Source: the human T2T-CHM13v2.0 reference genome, Homo sapiens
Reading direction: 5' to 3' (one strand)
NCBI RefSeq assembly: GCF_009914755.1
Contig: NC_060926.1
DNA length: 64,000 nt
Made by a program: the position numbers and the translations under genes. Every line of letters begins with the position of its first letter. Within the stretch, counting starts at the first letter, position 1. The notes beneath the pieces are model-generated. The model was not told where the DNA came from. It saw nothing but the letters and a program-made list of their open reading frames with translations, and searched no databases. Below are positions 55,006 to 64,000 of the stretch, piece after piece.

Positions 55006-55340
55006 TGTAAGGGAAATGGCTGCACTTCAGTCAGGAGTAGGTCGAGGTGGCCCTCTGGCACAGCATGACTCAGTGGGTTTGGAGTGAAGGTGTACAACTC
55101 CACACATTATATAACCATGCCATGTGAGATGCATTAAGTGACCACTCACACGAGCTCGTGGTTGGCCCGGAGCTGCTATTGTCTGTAAAATGTACTGCTG
55201 GCGCTGTACGTATGGCTCACGCCCAGAGAGAGAATAAAGCCATGTCGAAACTGCCTATGATTCCTCGAGTGTGTTTTCCAGCTACCCGCCACCTGCCCAC
55301 CAACTCCCCTTGGACCTCAGTTTGGGCTTAGAACCTGATA
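55006..55340 (+). mobile_element. LTR18A solo LTR (ERVL)
   Basis: tgtaagggaaatggctgc...gcatgactcag...agagaataaagccatgtcgaaactgcc...gaacctgata; 5-bp TSD gc(t/c)ct. Confidence 0.85.
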
Positions 55341-55812
55341 GCCCTGACCACTGTGGCCTGGCAGGGTGAGAGCTGGAGGCCTGGGTCTCACCATCCACTC
55401 TCCTCCAGCCTCCAGGCTCCCACAAGGGCATCTGGTCAGCCAGATCCAAAGGAAACCCCAGGGCAGGTGGGTCTGCAGGGTAGATGGAGGCAGTCAGGAA
55501 ATGCTGTGGAGCCGTGGACAGATCTGATGTCATCCTGTGGGGCTCCATGCATGCCCTGCATCAGAATCCTCACATGTAGCTTCTCCCATCTCATGTCTTC
55601 TGGCTGGCCACTTCCTGATCCCTGCACTCCTTCCCACTGGACCTTAACTCCCTGCCCACCTTGACCTGCTGGTGGGCTGTGTCCTCCCCTACTACTCTTC
55701 TCAGGCACACCCACACAGCAATAGCAGCCCTCCCCCAGGAGAGCAGCTTCAGCTCTGCCCACATTCCTGTTTCCAGATCCACCACTCCCACTGGGTATTT
55801 CTGCTGGAATTC

Positions 55813-56267
55813 TGTAGGGCAGATGTGCCCGATAGCAATAACTTGAGCATACCCTGAGAATGACCGTGTATGGCAGATGCACCTGAATGTGTGTTGGGAG
55901 TTCAGAGCTAATGAGTTCGGGATTGGCCAACCCAGAGATTCATTCCTTATCTATGAGAAACATCTAAGACCCTGTCCCGTCCTGTGGAACACAGACCTTA
56001 CAGGGGATCCAGACCCTTTGCTTTGGGTGAAATGAAGGTTACTAGGCGGGGGTTGTTGGGGAAGGGTGCTAAGTGAAAATGCTATATAAACTGCATGCGT
56101 TTTACAAACAGTGGCAGTTCTCCTGTCCAGCCCGCTGCCGCTGGACTGCCCTGTATGGAAGTTCCCCTCAAGAAACCCCATGTCTCCTTTGCTGGCTGTG
56201 GGTCTCTTATTTGGCCTCATGACCCTGGTGCCAGCCCTGTCGAGGTTAATAGGGGTCTCACATGACA
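55813..56267 (+). mobile_element. LTR47-type solo LTR (ERVL)
   Basis: tgtagggcag...agcaataacttgagcataccctgagaatgacc...gctatataaactgcatgc...catgaca; perfect 5-bp TSD aattc at 55808-55812 and 56268-56272. Confidence 0.85.
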
Positions 56268-56461
56268 AATTCCCACTGGCTCATCAAACTCAACAAGTCC
56301 CAGAACACACTGACCCTCATCCCCCTGCCTCCCCTTCTCCTGTGTTCTGTCCCTCCCAACTGGCATCCCACTTCTTGCTCACTAGCTTGATGCGTGACTC
56401 CCCACCAGTTGCCTCTCACTCCTTCCCACTCTGCCCAACCAACAATAAATCTCTCAGTCCT

Positions 56462-56865
<404 letters not shown>

Positions 56866-57344
56866 TTAGGGCTGGGGATACTGCCTACACAGGCCCCACC
56901 AGGCCACCCCACATAAACCCTCCAGGGTGCCTCCCTCTTGCTGAGCATGGATGGAGATGGAGGCTGCCGGTTGGTGCTCACAGCCTCCAGGTCTCAGACT
57001 ACAGTTCTAGTCCCATCTCCTGCCCCTCCTGACCTGTGCTTCACACTGTGGCCCTGCCCAATCCCCCCATCATGCACACCCCCTGGCTTGCTTGTGCTGT
57101 CCCTTCTTCTGCCTCCTGCCTGCTGCTGCCTGCTCCTGCTCTGAGGAATGCCCACCAGAAACCTTTCCCGCATGCTGGCCAGGCTGGATGAGCATGCAGA
57201 GTTCTCATCACCACGCGCAGACCAACCCAAGTGATGACTGAGCCTGTGCTGACCAGGAGCTAGGGGGCAGCAGGTCCTTTAGCTGAGGGTCTAGACACAA
57301 TGGGTGCTTGTCCAGGCCCAGTGCAGGGGATGTCCCTGGAGTTA

Positions 57345-57731
57345 CTGCTAGGGGCTGAATTGTGTCCCCCCAAATTCATGAGTTGAAACCCTGATTCCCA
57401 ATGTGATGTTATTTGGCAGTGGGTCCTTTGGTAGGTACTTAAGGTTAAAGGAAATCCATGAGGGTGAGGCCTTCATGCTGGGATTAGTGCCCGTCTAAGA
57501 AGAGCCTCCAGAGAGTTTTCTCTCTGTCTGTCTCTTTCTCTCTCTGCCATGTGAGGATTCAATGAGAAGGCAGCCATCTGCAAGCCAGGAAAAGGGCCCT
57601 CCTCACCAGAGCCCAATCAGGCTGGCAGCCTGATCTCGGACTTCCAGCCTGCAGTATGGTGAGAAATGTGTCTGTTGTTTAAGCCACCTGGTCTGTGGAA
57701 TTTTGTTATGGCATCGCAGCCCACTAAGACA
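57345..57731 (+). mobile_element. MLT1A-type solo LTR
   Basis: ctgaattgtgtccccccaaattcat...gccatctgcaagccagga...gtttaagccacc...taagaca. Confidence 0.85.
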
Positions 57732-58299
57732 GTCCCAGTGGAGGCCGGGGCTCAGGGTGCTGTGGGTCTGCCACATGCCTGCCTATTCGTGTTGTATGTG
57801 CTGCTGCTTCTGTATTTTGCTCTATGGGGCTCTGATGTGTGAATATACTCTACCCATTCTACTTTTGATGGCCGTATGCATTGTGTCCAATATTTGGCTA
57901 ATATGGGTATTTCCACTATGGTCATTCTTGTATGTATATCCTGGGATTAGTGCCCTTCTAAGAAGGGGACAGAGGAGCTAAAGCTATAAAGGGGCAGACT
58001 TGGGGGAAGGTGGGTATGATTTTAAGTAGGGGCTGGGTATAATTTCACATTCCTTCACTTGGTGTCATATTTCTGTGCAACTCCCCAGGTAGTTTCTATA
58101 GGGGCTTGTCCAAAGCCCTGGAATCTGGGAAATCCCCTCACGTGCCACTGTCACTGGATGTGCTGCTTCTCCTTTGCTCAGGGACATTTGTCAGTTGTGC
58201 TTATCTGCCCTAAACAACAGGATTCCAGAGCAATATTGGGCCCTAGGTTGATATCATCCCCCTCCAACTGCACCCATGAACATAAGGAAAACCTGAAAG

Positions 58300-59000
58300 A
58301 TACGCAGTAAGAGTGGAAAACCATAACATAACTCCCTAAGGGCCTGAGAAGTCAATAAGAACGTGGGGATTCTGAGTAATGTAATCAGTAAGATGACTTA
58401 ATAGTTTACATATCAAACTGTGCCCTTAAGGCTGAGAAGCCCAGTTCTTCTCCAGTGCCCATGGGACACTTACAGAAATATTGCATTCATTAGGCAACAA
58501 AGTAAGAAAAAAAATTCTAGTAAATTTCCCCTAATAGAAATTGTACAGGTCAGTGCTTTGACCTAGTACAGCAAAAATGGAGATTAACAACAAAAGAGAA
58601 ACCAAAAATCTCCATCCATGTGAAAATTAAACATAAACATAAAAACATTGCAACTGTTTTCTAAGTAACTTTTGAATCAAAGAGGAATTTAAAACTGCAA
58701 TTGCAAAATAGTGAGAAAACAGGAACGTGAAAACCCTATATATCAAGAGCTAGGAGAACTGTCAAAGTTATAATGAAGCAAATTCATGACCTTAAATGCT
58801 TTTCAATGTTATGAAGAACAGAAGAAAAATAGATAAGGCAAGTTTTCAATTCAAGTTAATAAGAGAAGAATAAAGTAAATACAAGGAAAGCAAGACAAAG
58901 GGATTGATAGATAGAAGTTAATGAATTAAAAACCCCAAATCACAAATAAATACCAGAGTTGGTTCTTTGGAAACCCTCAACAAAATAAATAAATCACTAG
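58300..59000 (+). mobile_element. Old L1 ORF2 (EN/linker) fragment
   Basis: A-rich sense L1 text (gtgcccatgggacacttacagaaatattg...gttggttctttggaaa). Confidence 0.65.
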
Positions 59001-59261
59001 CTGGTGCTGCTGGCCCCAATGTGTTTGCCCTGTATACATATGATGGATGGCACTACAGGAAAAACAGTTCTCTATGGGAGGACTCGGGTTAATGTGTAAG
59101 TTCACACTCCCTCCAGGGAGCTCAATTCCTCAAACACTCAGGAAACTCTCCCAGAATGCAAGTGAGTGGAGTATGATTGATTCAGAGCTAAACTTGGATT
59201 CACTCTAATTAATAAAAAGGAGGCTGTAAAAACGTTGGAAATATAACTATAATTAGAAACA

Positions 59262-59604
<343 letters not shown>

Positions 59605-60546
59605 TTATGACCCAAAGCATTGCATCCTCATGGTGGGGAGGAAAAAGCCTAAAGCACAGGGATTTGGAAGGGTGGGGGGCAGTATCTCAGATGTGGAGGA
59701 GACTAATAAAGGGTTAGGAAATTGCCAAATACAATTCAATAGGTGATCTTCCAGATGAATATAAATGATCAAAACTTACTCCCAAAGAGAGAGAAAACCT
59801 GGATACAATAATAACTATGGAAAAAATGAACAGTTATCCACAAAATGGTAGAATAACAGCCAGTTACATGTCATGGAAAATGGCACAAGGTAGAAAGCTC
59901 CAGGAATTCATCCTTCCAGCAAACAACTAGTGAGCTGGCAAGAACTGTCAGAATTAGTGATTTTGGAGCTCTGGAATTTAGTCAAATAGTTGCAGCCTTC
60001 AGGGAAGTGCTTGATGAAGAAAAGGGCTGGTAAAATTTGGTATTTTATGTAACAGCTACCATCCTCCATCCCCAGTCTTGAGGCAGGTAGCTGGAGGAAA
60101 GATAGCCGGCATTCCTTGTGTGGCCTGCTGGTGCCAGGGTGAGCAATAAACTTTGTCCTCCAAAATGGGGTAGTGTATTTTCAAAAAAAAAAAAAAAAAA
60201 AAAAAAAGAAACAAGGCTCAGCAAAAGTAACTGCGTAGGTAAATATAGAAACTAGTATTATCGTATTTTTTGGTTTGTAAAATCTCTCTTTGTTTCCTAT
60301 ATGATGTAAAAGACAAACAAAACAATAATTATGCATCTATGTTAATGAACACACAAGTATGTATTTTATAAAGATACAACTTACGACAACACAATACAAA
60401 GATGGATCGGTGTAGGAATAAAGCTAAGGAATGCTATTGAAGCTATTATAAGTTGGCAGCAATTCAAACTAGATTTTTATGAATGTAGGATGTTAACTGC
60501 AACTCCTATAGTAACCACTAAGATAATATATTTAAAAAAATACAGA

Positions 60547-60649
60547 GGGAGCTGCGGTGGCTCAGGCCTGTTGTCCTGGTGCATAAGGTGGTGAGACTAG
60601 GCATTCGAGGCCTGATTGAGCAACATAGAAACCTCTCATCTATATAACT
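60547..60649 (+). mobile_element. Internally deleted FLAM-derived monomer retrocopy, snaR/ASR-like
   Basis: GGGAGCTGCGGTGGCTCAGGCCTGTTGTCC...ATTCGAGGCCTGATTGAGCAACATAG; TSD aaaaaaatacaga at 60534-60546 and 60650-60662. Confidence 0.7.
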
Positions 60650-60960
60650 AAAAAAATACAGAAAAGGAAATAAAGAGAAAAACAAGGTTGCAAACTAGAA
60701 ATCAATTCAATACAAAATGAGTCAGTATTGGAGGAATTGAGAAAAAAAAATGTAAGATACGTGGAAAAAATAGAAAAATGACAGAGGTAACTCCTTCATT
60801 ATCAGTAATCACTTTAAATGTAAATGGATTAAACTTATCAATTAAAAGACAGTGATTTGCAAAATAAAATTTAAAAGTAAACACGATCTAACTATATGCT
60901 ACTTACAATAGATACACTTTAGACCCCAAGACGCAAATAGGTTGAAAGTTAAAAGGATGA

Positions 60961-61257
<297 letters not shown>

Positions 61258-62027
61258 GAATACTGTACCCAACAACAGCAGAATACATATTCTTCTGAAG
61301 TGCACTTGAAATTTTCTCTAGGAGGGACCATATTTAGGCCATAAAACAATTCCCAGTAAATTTAAAAAGACCGATACCATACAAAGTATTTTCTCCAACC
61401 CCAGAGAAATAAAGCTAGAAGTCAACAACAGAAAACCTGGAAAATACATAAACAGGTGGAAATTAAATAACACATTCTTACACAACAAAATGGTGTCAAA
61501 AAAGAAATTGCTAAGAAAAAAATACTTTGAGATGAATGAAAACTAAAACACAACACACCAAAACTTATAGGATGCAGTGAAAGCAGTGCTCTGAGGGAAT
61601 TTTATAGCCATAAATGCATAGATTAAAAAAGAAGAAAAACTTAACTCATTAACCTAACTTTACATCTTAAGGACCTACAGAAATAAAAGAACTAGATCCA
61701 AATCCAGCAGAAGGAAGGAAATAATAAAACTTAGAGCAGAGATAAACAAAATAGACTAGAAGAACAATAGAGAAATCAACAAACCCAAAAACAAGTTCTT
61801 TGAAGTGATCAACAAAATTGACAAACTTTTATCTAGTCTAAGAAAATAAGAGAGAAGACATAAACAATTAAAATCAGAAATTAAAGTAGAAAAATTTCTA
61901 CCAACCTTATCAAAATTAAATGGATTATAAGATAATATCATGAAAATTTTACACCACTTAATTTGACAAAGTAGATGAAATGAACACATTCCTACCTAGA
62001 AATACACAAATTGCCAAAACTGACTCA

Positions 62028-62400
<373 letters not shown>

Positions 62401-62417
62401 AAATAAAGGCCTATCTT

Positions 62418-62680
62418 GAGCAGAAAGCCAAATACCACATGTTCTCACTTATAAGTGGAAGCTAAATGATGAGAACTTATGAAAACAAAGAAGGAAACAA
62501 TAGAGACTGGGGTCTACTTGAGGGTGGAGGGTGGGGGAAGGGAGAGGAACAGAAAAGATAACTATTTGCTTAACACCTAGGTGATGAGATAATCTGTACA
62601 ACAAACCCCCGTGACATGAGTTTACCTACGTAACAAACCTTCACATGTACCCCTGAACCTAAAATAAAAGTTAAAAAAAA
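62418..62680 (+). mobile_element. L1PA (about PA13-16) 3' end
   Basis: atgttctcacttataagtgg...gatgagataatctgtacaacaaaccccc...acctaaaataaaagttaaaa. Confidence 0.88.
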
Positions 62681-62789
62681 GCCCAGCACCAAATGGTCTT
62701 ACTGGTAAATTCTACCAAACTTTTAAAGAAAAATTAACATCAATGCTACTCGAAATCTTCCAAAAAACAGAAAAGGAGAGACCACTTTT

Positions 62790-63082
62790 GTACTAGTCTT
62801 CTTGGGCTTTTATAACATGATCCCACAGACTGGGGTGGCCTCAATGACAGACATTTATTTCTCATGATTCTGAAGGCTGGAAGTCTAAAATCAAAGTGCC
62901 AGCAGTATTGTTTTCTGGGAAGGACTCCTTTCCTGGCTTGCAGATGGTTGCCTTCGTATGGCCTTTCCTCTGTGTATGCATGCAGGGCGTGTGTGTGTGT
63001 GAGAGAGAGAGTGAGAGAGAGAGATTGGGGGGTAGGGCTTCAACATATGAATTTTTGAGGGGCACAATTTAGTTCATAACAA
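62790..63082 (-). mobile_element. MLT1A/MST-type LTR nested in L1
   Basis: atttatttctcatgattctgaaggctggaagtc...gcttcaacatatgaatttttgaggggcacaa. Confidence 0.8.
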
Positions 63083-64000
63083 CTTCCTAACACATTCTAC
63101 GAGGCCCTGATACCAAAGTTGGAGAAAGATACCACAAGGAAATTATAGACCAATATAATTTATGAATATAGATACGAAAATCTTCAAAACAAAACAAGAC
63201 AGTAGCAACCAAATCCAACAGCACATTAAAAGTATTATCCAGCACGATCAAGTGGGGTTTATTCCAAGAATGCAAGCATAGCTCAACATAAGAAAATTAA
63301 TCAGTGTGATATATTGTATTAATAGAATGAAGGAAAAAAACCCCACATGCATCTCAATAGATACAGGAAAAAAGTATCAAAATTAAATACTTTCTCATGA
63401 TAAAAACACTAAGCAAACTAGGAAGAGAAGAAAACTTCCTTAACATGATAAAAGACATTTATGAAAAAAACCACAGCTAATATTATACTCAAAGATTGAA
63501 AGCCCATATCAGGAGCAGGACAAGGCTGTCCCCTTTCACTGTTTCTACTCAACCTTGTACTGGAGGTCCTAGACAGAGCAGTTAGCAAGATGAAGAAAGA
63601 AAAGGCACTCAGATTGGAAAGAATGAAGTGAAACGATTTCCATTTGATGATGACATGATTTTATAGGTTGAAAATCACAAATAAATCACAAATAACTACT
63701 AGAGGCAATAAACACATTTAGGCAAGTTGTAGGATACGAGGTCAATACATGAAAGTAAGTTGTGATTTTATAAACCAGCAGTGAACAATACGAAAGGAAA
63801 TTAAGAAAACAATTTCATTTACAATTTTATCCAAAATATACAATACCTGGGATTAAATTTAATCAATGATGTGAAAGACTTGTACAGTGAAAACTATAAA
63901 ACATTGCTGAAAGAAATTTTAGAACACTGAATTAAATAGACAGCGCATGTTCATGGAGCAATTTGTTGATTCAGTGCAGTCTCTATCAAAATTCCAATGA

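Overview
This window is primate genomic DNA, almost certainly hominid and probably human, given Alu, SVA and MER41 elements. I found no supportable protein-coding gene. The long ORFs in the track come from GC-rich chance frames, tandem repeats, Alu/SVA, or decayed L1 ORF2. A GC-rich unique backbone is interrupted by about 17 Alus, one young 5'-truncated SVA, three large ancient L1 relics (about 0.3-2.75 kb, 26.9-34.7 kb and 58.3-64 kb), about a dozen solo LTRs, a retroposed 5S rRNA pseudogene, two minisatellites, and several AT-rich, TAAT/GATA-dense unique islands that look like developmental enhancers. I did not find evidence of a wholly new biological system. The most unusual observations are: (1) a 113-bp tract that is 112/113 identical between two otherwise different Alus 31 kb apart, suggesting ectopic gene conversion; (2) a rare internally deleted Alu-monomer retrocopy resembling the snaR/ASR lineage; (3) repeated reuse of the same insertion target by successive retroelements (Alu then SVA; stacked Alus); and (4) Alu-associated deletions and short locally templated insertions. 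Repeat family names come from my recall of consensus sequences, not from a database search.
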